From Macrostomum lignano (lineage: Eukaryota), in assembly GCA_002269645.1 (NCBI GenBank), contig NIVC01000891.1, positions 310,001 to 374,000 on the forward strand: a stretch of 64,000 bases of DNA, read 5' to 3'. Of this stretch, positions 48,801 through 61,712 are shown in pieces. Below the pieces are notes generated by a model. The model saw nothing but the letters and a program-made list of their open reading frames with translations, was not told the DNA's origin and searched no databases. The position numbers were made by a program, and so were the translations under genes. How positions within the stretch are numbered: the first letter of the stretch is position 1; every line of letters begins with the position of its first letter.

Positions 48801-51800
48801 TCCAGAGAGCTGCTCTGCTGTGTCCCTGCCCGACTCAAGTCTCCAGCCCTCCCGGCGCTGTCCCATCTCACAACGACGCTAATAAGTACACACTCGATGC
48901 CCCTCGAGCCCCGAGAGTCGCTCACCTTCCCACTTGGGTGTCATTACCTCCGCTCGAGTCCTATCTTACTTTGCCCATCTCAGAGGAATCTGCCTCGATG
49001 TTTTCCCTGGCCAGTGGCCACTCATCAAGTTCTCATCCTGCTCCCGCTGCAACTCAGACTTCGAGCTCCGGTCTTGCGCTGCTTCAAACTCGGGGACTGT
49101 TGTTGCACTGTTGTGAGCAACTGCTGCGGGACTGCAGTTGAGCATTTGTGGGATGGAGGATGAAGAGACTTCCAGTTCAGAAGTGGATGATGAAGAGAGT
49201 TCCAGTTTGGAAGTGGATGATGAAGAGACTTCCAGTTCGGAAGTGGATGATGAAGAGAGTTCCAGTTTGGAAGTGGATTATGAAGAGAGTTCCAGTTTGG
49301 AAGTGGATTATGAAGAGAGTTCCAGTTCGAAAGTGGATTATGAAGAGAGTTCCAGTTCGAAAGTGGATGATGAAGAGAGTTCCAGTTCGAAAGTGGATGA
49401 TGAAGAGAGTTCCAGTTCGGAAGTGGATGATGAAGAGAGTTCCAGTTTGGAAGTGGATGATGAAGAGAGTTCCAGTTCGGAAGTGGATGATGAAGAGAGT
49501 TCCAGTTTGGAAGTGGATGATGAAGAGAGTTCCAGCTCGGAAGTGGGGGATGAAGAGAGTTCCAGTTTGGAAGTGGATGATGAAGAGAGTTCCAGCTCGG
49601 AAGTGGGGGATGAAGAGAGTTCCAGTTTGGAAGTGGATGATGAAGAGAGTTCCAGTTCGGAAGTGGATGATGAAGAGAGTTCCAGTTCGGAAGTGGATTA
49701 TGAAGAGAGTTCCAGTTTGGAAGTGGATTATGAAGAGAGTTCCAGTTCGAAAGTGGATTATGAAGAGAGTTCCAGTTCGGAAGTGGATGATGAAGAGAGT
49801 TCCAGTTCGGAAGTGGATGATGAAGAGAGTTCCAGTTCGGAAGTGGATGATGAAGAGAGTTCCAGCTCGGAAGTGGGGGATGAAGAGAGTTCCAGCTCGG
49901 AAGTGGGGGATGAAGAGAGTTCCAGCTCGGAAGTGGATGATGAAGAGAGTTCCAGTTCGGAAGTGGATGATGAAGAGAGTTCCAGTTCGGAAGTGGAGGA
50001 TTCGGGAACACATTCAGGAAACGTTCGGGAAACAGAGGATGAGGAGAGTTCCAGATGGGAAGTGAAGTTAAATTATAATTGCAAGGAAAGCCACCCAAAA
50101 TCATGAAAAAAATTGAAATCTAATATGTACATACATACATACTAGTACATAGAAAATTTGAGATTTATTTATATAGATTTCTAATGAACTTTTGACAATA
50201 ATGTTTGGGCAAAAAAGGTCTGAGGAAGAGAGGATTGAGGAGAGGAGAGAGGCGAACGCGCGAGTGAGTGATCTGGAAGCGCATCGTTACGAAAAAAATC
50301 AGCAAGAGAAAAACGAAAAAAGAGCACATCGAGCACAGAAATTGCAGGAAAGACATCTGAGCAGACTGCAGATTCACTACAGTATTCAGCTTCTGCTCTG
50401 GAACGGGAATGCCAGGGACACCTAGAGAGACAGAATCTGGAACAGAATGCCAGGGACTCCTAGAGAGACAGAGCATCTGGAACAATGCCAGGGACTCCTA
50501 GAGAGACAGAGCATCTGGAACAATGCCAGGGACTCCTAGAGAGACAGAGCATCTGGAACAGAATGTCAGGGACTCCTAGAGAGACAGAACATCTGGAACA
50601 GAATGCCAAGGACTCCTAGATAAACAAAGAATCTGGAACGGGATGCCAGGGACTCCTAGAGAGACAGAGCATCTGGAACAGAATGCCAGGGACTCCTAGA
50701 GAGACAGAGCATCTGGAACAGAATGCCAGGGACTCCTAGAGAGACAGAGCATCTGGAACAGAATGCCAGGGACTCCTATAGATACAAAGCATCTGGAATG
50801 GAATTAAAGGGCTAATTAGATAAGAATGCTGTTACTTCCAGGAGTTGGAAAAGCAGAAAAGCTTGAAATCAGCAGGAGAAAAAAGAGCACATCGAGCACA
50901 GAAATTGTTCTCTCCTGGGAGAAACATTTGAGCAGCTGCAGATTCGCTATGATCATTCGAGTTGCCGGGAGTAAAATCCCCCGTTCTGCTTCAGTCCCAG
51001 CCAGGGCAAGGGGCATATCGATCCTTTTCAAAACCAGAAAAGTCTGAGCCTGGTCGATTAAGAGGCCTCAGGTCTTCCCTGCCGCTGTGAGCTCCTGCCG
51101 GACCCAATTCTCGTCTCTGTAATGTTGGCCATCCTTTTCTTTGCAAAAGCAGTACTTGTGCAGTGGTAGCGCGGGGTCTTAAGACAGGACTGAGTTCCAT
51201 TACATTCCGAGCTAAGTAATTAAAATGATTAATTACTGCTTGAGATCTTCGTAGATCTGAGAAAATGGCCACTTGCCCCCGTAATCCTTCTTTGAGTTTA
51301 ATTTTGAAGCCTTTAAGGCCTGAACTTGTGCCAGCCTGTACTTGTACTGCAATGTTTTTGATTGCCGAAAAACTGATTTTTATTATAATTGATAGCGGGA
51401 ATCAAGGCATTAGAGAGAGGTTAGGGAGGCAGTAGTGGCATCAGGGAGGTAGTAGTGGCATCAGGGAGGCAGTAGTGGCATCAGAGAGGGAGTAGTGACA
51501 TCAGGGAGGCAGTAGTGGCATCAGGGAGGCAGTAGTGGCATCAGAGAGGGAGTAGTGACATCAGGGAGGCAGTAGTGGCATCAGGGAGGCAGTAGTGGCA
51601 TCAGGGAGGCAGTAGTGGCATCAGGGAGGCAGTAGTGGCATCAGGGAGGTAGTAGTGGCATCAGGGAGGGAGTAGTGGCACCAGGGAGGTAGTAGTGGCA
51701 TCAGAGAGGGAGTAGTGACATCAGAGAGGGAGTAGTGGCATCAGGGAGGCAGTAGTGGCATCAGGGAGGCAGTAGTGGCATCAGGGAGGTAGTAGTGGCA

Positions 51801-54800
51801 TCAGGGAGGGAGTAGTGGCACCAGGGAGGTAGTAGTGGCATCAGAGAGGGAGTAGTGGCATCAGGGAGGGAGTAGTGGCATCAGGGAGGTAGTAGTGGCA
51901 TCAGGGAGGGAGTAGTGGCATCAGGGAGGGAGTAGTGGCATCAGGGAGGGAGTAGTGGCATCAGGGAGGGAGTAGTGGCATCAGAGAGGGAGTAGTGACA
52001 TCAGGGAGGGAGTCTCCGCATCAGGGAGGGAGAGCTCTAGTCCATCTACAGGACAAAGAGAGTCGCTTCGATTTCAGCTCGATGTCATTTGCAATCAGTT
52101 CACCAGCCCAGTTGTCAGCTCCCATTGCTCTCCCAATCGGATTCGAGAGCCCAGCAGAGCGGACACTGGATAAGAGCGAGTTAACGTCAACGATCACAGT
52201 CAACTCAAATTAACTCAATCGACTCCAGCTGTTTAGGGAAACAGCTTTGAGTCCAGTTGATTCGGTTAAACATTTGATAAATCCAATGAATAATCCTAGG
52301 GTTAGATTGCGAGTACACGTGCAAAAGTAAACGTACACCTCAGGGGAAAGCCAGTACAGGGACTGCTAGAGAAACAGGGAATCGGGATGCCAAGGACTCC
52401 TAGATAAACAAAGAATCTGGAACGGGATGCCAGGGACTCCTAGAGAGACAGAGCATCTGGAACAGAATACCAGGGACTCCTAGAGAGACAGAGCATCTGG
52501 AACAGAATGCCAGGGACTCCTAGAGAGACAGAGCATCTGGAACAGAATACCAGGGACTCCTAGAGAGACAGAGCATCTGGAACAGAATACCAGGGACTCC
52601 TAGAGAGACAGAGCATCTGGAACAGAATGCCAGGGACTCCTAGAGAGACAGAGCATCTGGAACAGAATGCCAGGGACTCCTAGAGAGACAGAGCATCTGG
52701 AACAGAATGCCAGGGACTCCTAGAGAGACAGAGCATCTGGAACAGAATGCCAAGGACTCCTAGATAAACAAAGAATCTGGAACGGGATGCCAGGGACTCC
52801 TAGAGAGACAGAGCATCTGGAACAGAATGCCAGGGACTCCTAGAGAGACAGAGCATCTGGAACAGAATGCCAGGGACTCCTAGAGAGACAGAGCATCTGG
52901 AACAGAATGTCAGGGACTCCTAGAGAGACAGAACATCTGGAACAGAATACCAGGGACTCCTAGAGAGACAGAGCATCTGGAACAGAATGCCAGGGACTCC
53001 TAGAGAGACAGAGCATCTGGAACAGAATGCCAAGGACTCCTAGATAAACAAAGAATCTGGAACGGGATGCCAGGGACTCCTAGAGAGACAGAGCATCTGG
53101 AACAGAATGCCAGGGACTCCTAGAGAGACAGAGCATCTGGAACAGAATGTCAGGGACTCCCTGAGAGACAGAGCATCTGGAACAGAATGCCAGGGACTCC
53201 TAGAGAGACAGAGCATCTGGAACAGAATACCAGGGACTCCTAGAGAGACAGAGCATCTGGAACAGAATACCAGGGACTCCTAGAGAGACAGAGCATCTGG
53301 AACAGAATACCAGGGACTCCTAGAGAGACAGAGCATCTGGAACAGAATACCAGGGACTCCTAGAGAGACAGAGCATCTGGAACAGAATACCAGGGACTCC
53401 TAGAGAGACAGAGCATCTGGAACGGATCCTAGGAACAGATCAGAATATTGCTATTTCTAGAAGTTGGAAATTTAGGAAAGCTTCGCTGCTGTTTCCAATC
53501 CAGAATCCTAGGTTTAGGCGTCCTAGTCTTAGTTGCTCTTCTAGACTCAGGGTTACCTCCCAACCGGGCATCCGGGAAGCTCACAAATCCCACAGTTGAG
53601 CTGCCTCGCCAGCTTTTCTACAAAAGAAGAACAGCAGCGCCCTGATTTATGCCGCCTGCCGCAACCGGAAGCGGAACCGGAAGCAGGCGATCGAATCGGA
53701 CGACTCACCTGGTCGTAAGTCTGATGTCGGAGGGTGCCGCTGGCCAGCCCGTCGCTGACGGGGATCACCACACCCAGCATGGTGAGGCTGATGCTGTACA
53801 GAATGATGAGGGAGCTCAGCACATGACGCCGTGGGCTGGCCGCACCTCCGTCCTCGACGTCCTCACCGACACCGTCGGCAGCTGGCCCGAGCGGCTTCTC
53901 AATCAAGCAGTCGGAGCCGGGCCGGGCGCTGAGGTGTGTGGGGGGGGGGTTAATAGGCCTGAAAAATGTACTACTCTGTAAACTGAATATCCTGCACATG
54001 ACACACGCCAGCTGTTTAATAGCTTTGCAAATATTTATATTATTCAATTCGTTAAACTTCCCATTCCTTAAACACCCCATTGCTTAGAAATCCCATTCCG
54101 TAAACATCCCAAAAAGGCACTGATAAGAGTCAGTTGCATATCAAGTATCGATATGAATGCCTAGAAGCAACTGTCTCCGTGCTGATAGCCTAATTAACAT
54201 CTTATTAAGGCATTTACAGCTACCAAGCAAGCTCAGGGGCTCGGTCTACTCGTTTCAGTTTCAGAAACACCTTCCAGACAAATGGAATTGAGGATGAGGA
54301 AGCGAATCCCCAGGCAGACTGTGCCCCCCTCCCCCCCCAGCTAATCAATGCAGCCTGGCGGAGCGCGCTTTCCATTTGGCTCTCCGTCATTGAATTTCGA
54401 TGCGGCACAGCCAAGCGGATGAAGAGGGAGAGGCTGGGCCAGCGCCAGGTTCCCACCATGCAGCCTCTTGAATGTTTCATGACTGCCCGCCCCCTTCACC
54501 TATCGGGCCGGGGCAGCTGCTGCTGTCCTTAAAAAAATTGGGCGCCAAGCGGCGGATGGCCCGGCGGATGCGGGGTGGAGACCGCCAGCCAGCCTCTGTG
54601 CTGCATCGCGAGAGAGAGAGAGAAGCGCAGTCCGACAGCATGCCAAGGTCTTTTGTCTCCGGTGTGAATGCCCCATGCATCCCATTGTGCTGGCCTTAGG
54701 GTTTCATGTTTCTCCACCTCTCCGCCTGTCTCCGTGAGTCACAGAAGGTGCACACTGCGGAGTCGGAGCAGTGTGCTCAGGAAGCATGGCTGCTGGCTGG

Positions 54801-56711
54801 CTGCGGGCTGACTTGCGTGTGATCTGTGCGCAGTCCGAAGTTCTGCGGGGTCAAAGTGCACCCCTTCAGTCTGAGCTAACTCGAACGAGCAAGTCCTGGA
54901 GTGCAGTCTGTGTGCTTCCCACTCGCATTCCGGATGGCATTCCGAGAGCAAATCTAATTGAGATGCTTCGAATCTTGAGGCCCGAACAGTTTTTTTTCTT
55001 TGCCGTTGCGAGAGTTGCAGATCTCTCTGGCGCACAAGCTCACTTGGCTCGGAGTAGACAGGCTCAGATGAAGGATCGATGGAGGCTGGCATACAGCTTT
55101 AGCATTCAGCCAGCACTGCCGATTCTCCCAGCCATTCCCCAGATTGACTGCCTGTGTGCTCGGCACTTCAAGGTCCTGGGGCAGGCCGCGCGGATTAAAG
55201 TAGGGATTCCAGTTCCGCGGCTTGGGATTTTATGACGCTGAGGAAATCGGGAACGGAAGCGGCTTTGAAGGAGGGTTTGGAGCAGAGTGGCGCCGAAACC
55301 GTTCTCTTATGACAGATGGGTCCCGGGCTCGAATCCCGATGCGACGAAATTTCCATTTAAGTCAGATAAAAAACCATGGCGTGCCAGTTTAGGAGTGAGG
55401 GTTGCCACTCTGAGAGTGAGGGTTGCCACTGTAAAGAGTGAGGGTTGCCACTCTGAGAGTGTGGGTTGTCACTGTTAAGAGTGAGGGTTGCCACACTGAG
55501 AGTGAGGGTTGTCACTGTTAAGAGTGAGGGTTGCCACACTGAGAGTGAGGGTTGCCACTCTGAGAGTGATGGTTGCCACTGTTAGAGTGTGGGTTGCCAC
55601 TGTTAAGAGTGAGGGTTGCCACTGTTAGAGTGAGGGTTGCCACTGTTAGAGTGAGGGTTGCCACTGTTAGAGTGGGGGTTGCCACTGTTAGAGTGAGGGT
55701 TGCCACTCTGAAAGTGAGGGTTGCCACTCTGAGAGTGAGGGTTGCCACTTTAATAACCGGGAGCCCCTTAAAAGAGCTAATCATCAGCCATCAATTTGTA
55801 GGCATCAAAAGCAGCCAGTTGGCTTTGCCGCCTTGCTTTTTGACCGGCAGCAACTGATCGATCAGCAACCTGAAAGCCAATCAAGGAACTGCCTGCTTTA
55901 ATCAGCCTGTTGTCAGGCAGTGCACACGGGAAACTGTTGAATTGCACGCGACAGTCTGAATTTTAATTGAATTGCCTGATTTACCTGCCGAAATCAGGTA
56001 AAAATTCTGATTTGCTTGGATCACAAACACGGGAAGACATCACACATCTGTATGATAACCCTGCCTGACCGGAGATAACCCTGCTTAGTACTCAATGCCC
56101 CCCCCCCCCCCAATAACCGGCAATACCCTGTCTGACAATAAATGACCCCCAATTACCCAAAATGACCGGCAATGACCCTATCTAACACCAAATGACCCAA
56201 AATGACCGGCAATGACCCTATCTAACACCGAATGACCCAAAATGACCGGCAATGACCCTATCTAACACCAAATGACCCCCAGTGACCGGCAATGACCCTG
56301 TCTAACACCAAATGACCCCTAATGACCGGCAATGACCCTGTCTAACACCAAATGACCCCTAATGACCGGTAATGACCCTATTTAACACCAAATGACCCCC
56401 AGTGACCGGAAATGACCCTGTCTAACACCAAATGACCCAAAATGACCGGAAATGACCCTGTCTAACACCAAATGACCCAAAATGACCGGAAATGACTTTG
56501 TCTAACACCAAATGACCCAAAATGACCGGCAATGACCCTATCTAACACCAAATGACCCAAAATGACCGGAAATGACCCTGTCTAACACCAGCTGATCCAC
56601 AACGACTCAAATGTCTAGCAAGCAACTCCCAGTTGAATCAGAGAAAAGCTCAACTTACAGTCTGTCATTCAAGTCGGACTCAGCAGGCGCCAGCTCCTGC
56701 GGCAGCGTCAT
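42848..56711 (-). CDS. otop: Otopetrin-family proton channel; exons 56711-56659, 53928-53709, 47616-47331, 46707-46495, 45955-45795, 44918-44702, 44350-43957, 43421-42848
   Basis: Motifs FYLYM, GINLYLRLGA, FALAHLVVTNLCIW, PFLYPCAVEY, KSHKGLFFG, LD..LL.VG, KPARGII..LL..NL..W and PMIIFFRFHSTVCL.EIW. All joins are GT-AG with matching phases (2,0,1,1,0,1,2). The first exon is less certain. Confidence 0.88.
45020..45553. repeat. Intronic 32-bp minisatellite containing TGACGTCA
   Basis: About 16 copies of GGGTTAGTGACGTCACTCCATCAAAGGACAGG. Confidence 0.95.
46848..47146 (-). mobile_element. tRNA-derived SINE, second copy (intronic)
   Basis: The reverse complement aligns end to end with 29235-29545. 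Confidence 0.85.
47688..48223. repeat. 20-bp minisatellite CCTGTCTCTTGGTTGGCGCC
   Basis: Tandem copies inside otopetrin intron 2. Confidence 0.95.
49158..49998. repeat. 30-bp minisatellite GATGAAGAGAGTTCCAGTTCGGAAGTGGAT
   Basis: About 28 copies. Confidence 0.95.
50398..50798. repeat. 40-bp minisatellite, block 1
   Basis: TCTGGAACAGAATGCCAGGGACTCCTAGAGAGACAGAGCA units. Confidence 0.92.
51421..52032. repeat. 20-bp minisatellite CAGGGAGG(C/G/T)AGTAGTGGCAT
   Basis: About 30 copies. Confidence 0.95.
52373..53423. repeat. 40-bp minisatellite, block 2
   Basis: Same unit as 50398-50798. Confidence 0.95.
55280..55342 (+). other. tRNA-like (SINE head) remnant
   Basis: AGCAGAGTGG A-box-like motif and CCGGG-CTCGAAT-CCCG T-arm; the acceptor stem is not intact. 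Confidence 0.4.
55393..55750. repeat. 18-21 bp minisatellite GAGTGAGGGTTGCCACT
   Basis: Tandem copies. Confidence 0.92.
56110..56592. repeat. 40-bp minisatellite AATGACCGGCAATGACCCTATCTAACACCAAATGACCCAA
   Basis: Tandem copies built from AATGACC sub-repeats. Confidence 0.93.
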
Positions 56712-57399
56712 CTCCAAGCGTTCGGCGGAGGCGAGCTCTCAAATCCCTTCGAGCTGCAGCGGCAGAGCAGCGACCACGAAGGAGTTGAAGGCTTTTCCGG
56801 CGGTAAAAAATTGGCAAAGCAAGACACAGCAGGGAGCAAATTGAGAAACCGGTTGAGCAGGGGGGGGGGAGCTCAGCGGCCTTCATTGGCTGGCCCAATG
56901 CTCTCCAAGCCCTCTCCGTACAGTAGCGCTTCTGTCGGAGCTAAAAGTACACCGGGTTTTTTATCCGCGCGTTCTTTGATTGTCATCCGTCACCCGAGGA
57001 CAGAGTATTGGAGTTGGGAGGGGGAGCGGCGCGATGGAAGCACAGGTTGGTTTCGTGTCGGACAAGAGGCTCCAGAGTAAAGATATCCGCGTAGATATTG
57101 GAGACCAGAGCTCACTGGAGCTTGAGAGCGTAGTGTGGTGTTCCGTTTCCCGATGCTAATCTGAGGTGCAAATCGATGCAAAGATGAGGAATGAGGCGCA
57201 TGCTTACGGCGAGGGAGGAAAATTCCCATTGGCCTTTGAGGGCAGCGAAAAACACTCAAAACTGACAGGTAAAAGGGAAAGCAGAAAATAGTGGTAAGGA
57301 GAGGAAATGGAGACCAAAAGATAAAAGATTGCGAAGTAGTTGGATTAAGAGAGAGAGGGTATAGGGAAAGGGAGAGTAGGGGAGAGGGAGACGGAGGGA

Positions 57400-60300
57400 G
57401 AGAGATGATAGAGAGAGGGAGAGTACAGGAGAGGGAGAGAGGACAGGAAAGGGAGAGGACAGGAGAGGGAGAGCACAGGGGAGGGAGAGCACGGGGGGAG
57501 AGCACAGGGGAGGGAGAGCACAGGGGAGGGAGAGCACAGGGGGGGAGAGCACAGGGGAGGGAGAGAGGACAGGAAAGGGAGAGGACAGGAAAGGGAGAGG
57601 ACAGGAAAGGGAGAGGACAGGAGAGGGAGAGCACAGGGGAGGGAGAGCACAGGGGAGGGAGAGCACAGGGGAGGGAGAGCACAGGAGAGGGAGAGGACAG
57701 GAGAGGGAGAGCACAGGGGAGAGAGAGCACAGGGGAGGGAGAGCACAGGAGAGGGAGAGGACAGGGGAGGGAGAGCACAGGGGAGGGAGAGCACAGGGGA
57801 GGGAGAGAGGACAGGAAAGGGAGAGGACAGGAAAGGGAGAGGACAGGAGAGGGAGAGCACAGGGGATGGAGAGCACAGGGGAGGGAGAGCACAGGAGAGG
57901 GAGAGCACAGGGGAGAGAGAGCACAGGGGAGGGAGAGCACAGGGGAGGGAGAGCACAGGGGAGGGAGAGCACAGGGGAGGGAGAGCACAGGGGAGAGAGA
58001 GCACAGGGGGGAGAGCACAGGGGAGGGAGAGAGGACAGGAAAGGGAGAGGACAGGAAAGGGAGAGGACAGGAAAGGGAGAGGACAGGAGAGGGAGAGCAC
58101 AGGGGAGGGAGAGCACAGGGGAGGGAGAGCACAGGAGAGGGAGAGGACAGGAGAGGGAGAGCACAGGGAGGGAGAGCACAGGGGAGGGAGAGAGGACAGG
58201 AAAGGGAGAGGACAGGAAAGGGAGAGGACAGGAGAGGGAGAGCACAGGGGAGGGAGAGCACAGGGGAGGGAGAGCACAGGGGAGGGAGAGCACAGGAGAG
58301 GGAGAGGACAGGAGAGGGAGAGCACAGGGGAGAGAGAGCACAGGGGAGGGAGAGCACAGGAGAGGGAGAGCACAGGGGAGGGAGAGCACAGGGGAGGGAG
58401 AGCACAGGGGAGGGAGAGCACAGGGGAGAGAGAGCACAGGGGGGAGAGCACAGGGGAGGGAGAGAGGACAGGAAAGGGAGAGGACAGGAAAGGGAGAGGA
58501 CAGGAAAGGGAGAGGACAGGAGAGGGAGAGCACAGGGGAGGGAGAGCACAGGGGAGGGAGAGCACAGGAGAGGGAGAGGACAGGAGAGGGAGAGCACAGG
58601 GGAGGGAGAGCACAGGGGAGGGAGAGAGGACAGGAAAGGGAGAGGACAGGAAAGGGAGAGGACAGGAGAGGGAGAGCACAGGGGAGGGAGAGCACAGGGG
58701 AGGGAGAGCACAGAAGAGAGAGAGCACAGGGGAGAGAGAGCACAGGGGAGGGAGAGCACAGGGGAGGGAGAGCACAGGGGAGGGAGAGCACAGGGGAGGG
58801 AGAGCACAGAAGAGAGAGAGAGCACAGGGGAGGGAGTGCACAGGGGAGGAAGTGCACAGGGGAGGGAGTGCACAGGGGAGGAAGTGCACAGGGGAGGGAG
58901 TGCACAGGGGAGGGAGAGCACAGGGGAGGGAGAGCACAGAAGAGAGAGAGCACAGGGGAGAGAGAGCACAGGGGAGGGAGAGCACAGGGGAGGGAGAGCA
59001 CAGGGGAGGGAGAGCACAGGGGAGGGAGAGCACAGAAGAGAGAGAGAGCACAGGGGAGGGAGTGCACAGGGGAGGAAGTGCACAGGGGAGGGAGAGCACA
59101 GGGGAGGGAGAGCACAGGGGAGGGAGAGCACAGGGGGGAGAGCACAGGGGAGGGAGAGAGGACAGGAAAGGGAGAGGACAGGAAAGGGAGAGGACAGGAA
59201 AGGGAGAGGACAGGAGAGGGAGAGCACAGGGGAGGGAGAGCACAGGGGAGGGAGAGCACAGGGGAGGGAGAGCACAGGAGAGGGAGAGGACAGGAGAGGG
59301 AGAGCACAGGGGAGAGAGAGCACAGGGGAGGGAGAGCACAGGAGAGGGAGAGGACAGGGGAGGGAGAGCACAGGGGAGGGAGAGCACAGGGGAGGGAGAG
59401 AGGACAGGAAAGGGAGAGGACAGGAAAGGGAGAGGACAGGAGAGGGAGAGCACAGGGGATGGAGAGCACAGGGGAGGGAGAGCACAGGAGAGGGAGAGCA
59501 CAGGGGAGAGAGAGCACAGGGGAGGGAGAGCACAGGGGAGGGAGAGCACAGGGGAGGGAGAGCACAGGGGAGGGAGAGCACAGGGGAGGGAGAGCACAGG
59601 GGAGAGAGAGCACAGGGGGGAGAGCACAGGGGAGGGAGAGAGGACAGGAAAGGGAGAGGACAGGAAAGGGAGAGGACAGGAAAGGGAGAGGACAGGAGAG
59701 GGAGAGCACAGGGGAGGGAGAGCACAGGGGAGGGAGAGCACAGGAGAGGGAGAGGACAGGAGAGGGAGAGCACAGGGGAGGGAGAGCACAGGGGAGGGAG
59801 AGAGGACAGGAAAGGGAGAGGACAGGAAAGGGAGAGGACAGGAGAGGGAGAGCACAGGGGAGGGAGAGCACAGGGGAGGGAGAGCACAGGGGAGGGAGAG
59901 CACAGGAGAGGGAGAGGACAGGAGAGGGAGAGCACAGGGGAGAGAGAGCACAGGGGAGGGAGAGCACAGGAGAGGGAGAGCACAGGGGAGGGAGAGCACA
60001 GGGGAGGGAGAGCACAGGGGAGGGAGAGCACAGGGGAGAGAGAGCACAGGGGGGAGAGCACAGGGGAGGGAGAGAGGACAGGAAAGGGAGAGGACAGGAA
60101 AGGGAGAGGACAGGAAAGGGAGAGGACAGGAGAGGGAGAGCACAGGGGAGGGAGAGCACAGGGGAGGGAGAGCACAGGAGAGGGAGAGGACAGGAGAGGG
60201 AGAGCACAGGGGAGGGAGAGCACAGGGGAGGGAGAGAGGACAGGAAAGGGAGAGGACAGGAAAGGGAGAGGACAGGAGAGGGAGAGCACAGGGGAGGGAG

Positions 60301-61712
60301 AGCACAGGGGAGGGAGAGCACAGAAGAGAGAGAGCACAGGGGAGAGAGAGCACAGGGGAGGGAGAGCACAGGGGAGGGAGAGCACAGGGGAGGGAGAGCA
60401 CAGGGGAGGGAGAGCACAGAAGAGAGAGAGAGCACAGGGGAGGGAGTGCACAGGGGAGGAAGTGCACAGGGGAGGGAGTGCACAGGGGAGGAAGTGCACA
60501 GGGGAGGGAGTGCACAGGGGAGGGAGAGCACAGGGGAGGGAGAGCACAGAAGAGAGAGAGCACAGGGGAGAGAGAGCACAGGGGAGGGAGAGCACAGGGG
60601 AGGGAGAGCACAGGGGAGGGAGAGCACAGGGGAGGGAGAGCACAGAAGAGAGAGAGAGCACAGGGGAGGGAGTGCACAGGGGAGGAAGTGCACAGGGGAG
60701 GGAGAGCACAGGGGAGGGAGAGCACAGGGGAGGGAGAGCACAGAAGAGAGAGAGCACAGGGGAAGGAGTGCACAGGGGAGGGAGAGCACAGGGAGGGAGA
60801 GCACAGAAGAGAGAGAGCACAGGGGAGGGAGTGCACAGGGGAGGAAGTGCACAGGGGAGGGAGAGCACAGGGGAGGGAGAGCACAGGGGAGGGAGAGCAC
60901 AGAAGAGAGAGAGCACAGGGGAGAGAGAGCACAGGGGAGGGAGAGCACAGGGGAGGGAGAGCACAGGGGAGGGAGAGCACAGGGGAGGGAGAGCACAGAA
61001 GAGAGAGAGAGCACAGGGGAGGGAGTGCACAGGGGAGGAAGTGCACAGGGGAGGGAGAGCACAGGGGAGGGAGAGCACAGGGGAGGGAGAGCACAGAAGA
61101 GAGAGAGCACAGGGGAGGGAGTGCACAGGGGAGGGAGAGCACAGGGGAGGGAGAGCACAGAAGAGAGAGAGCACAGGGGAGGGAGTGCACAGGGGAGGAA
61201 GTGCACAGGGGAGGAAGTGCACAGGGGAGGGAGTGCACAGGGGAGGAAGTGCACAGGGGAGGGAGTGCACAGGGGAGGGAGAGCACAGGGGAGGGAGAGC
61301 ACAGAAGAGAGAGAGCACAGGGGAGAGAGAGCACAGGGGAGGGAGAGCACAGGGGAGGGAGAGCACAGGGGAGGGAGAGCACAGGGGAGGGAGAGCACAG
61401 AAGAGAGAGAGAGCACAGGGGAGGGAGTGCACAGGGGAGGAAGTGCACAGGGGAGGGAGAGCACAGGGGAGGGAGAGCACAGGGGAGGGAGAGCACAGAA
61501 GAGAGAGAGCACAGGGGAGGGAGTGCACAGGGGAGGGAGAGCACAGGGGAGGGAGAGCACAGAAGAGAGAGAGCACAGGGGAGGGAGTGCACAGGGGAGG
61601 AAGTGCACAGGGGAGGGAGAGCACAGGGGAGGGAGAGCACAGGGGAGGGAGAGCACAGAAGAGAGAGAGCACAGGGGAGGGAGTGCACAGGGGAGGGAGA
61701 GCACAGGGGAGA
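57400..61712. repeat. 4.3-kb purine-rich satellite (GGGGAGGGAGAGCACAG variants)
   Basis: ~17-bp units with almost no T on the + strand. Confidence 0.97.

Noticed and set aside
49025-50106. Acidic (DDEESSSSEV)n ORF
   Set aside because: A 30-bp tandem repeat open in several frames, inside an otopetrin intron on the opposite strand; no evidence of coding.
54739-55092. Additional otopetrin exon
   Set aside because: The acceptor phase does not match, and exon 56711-56659 joins 53928 directly in frame.
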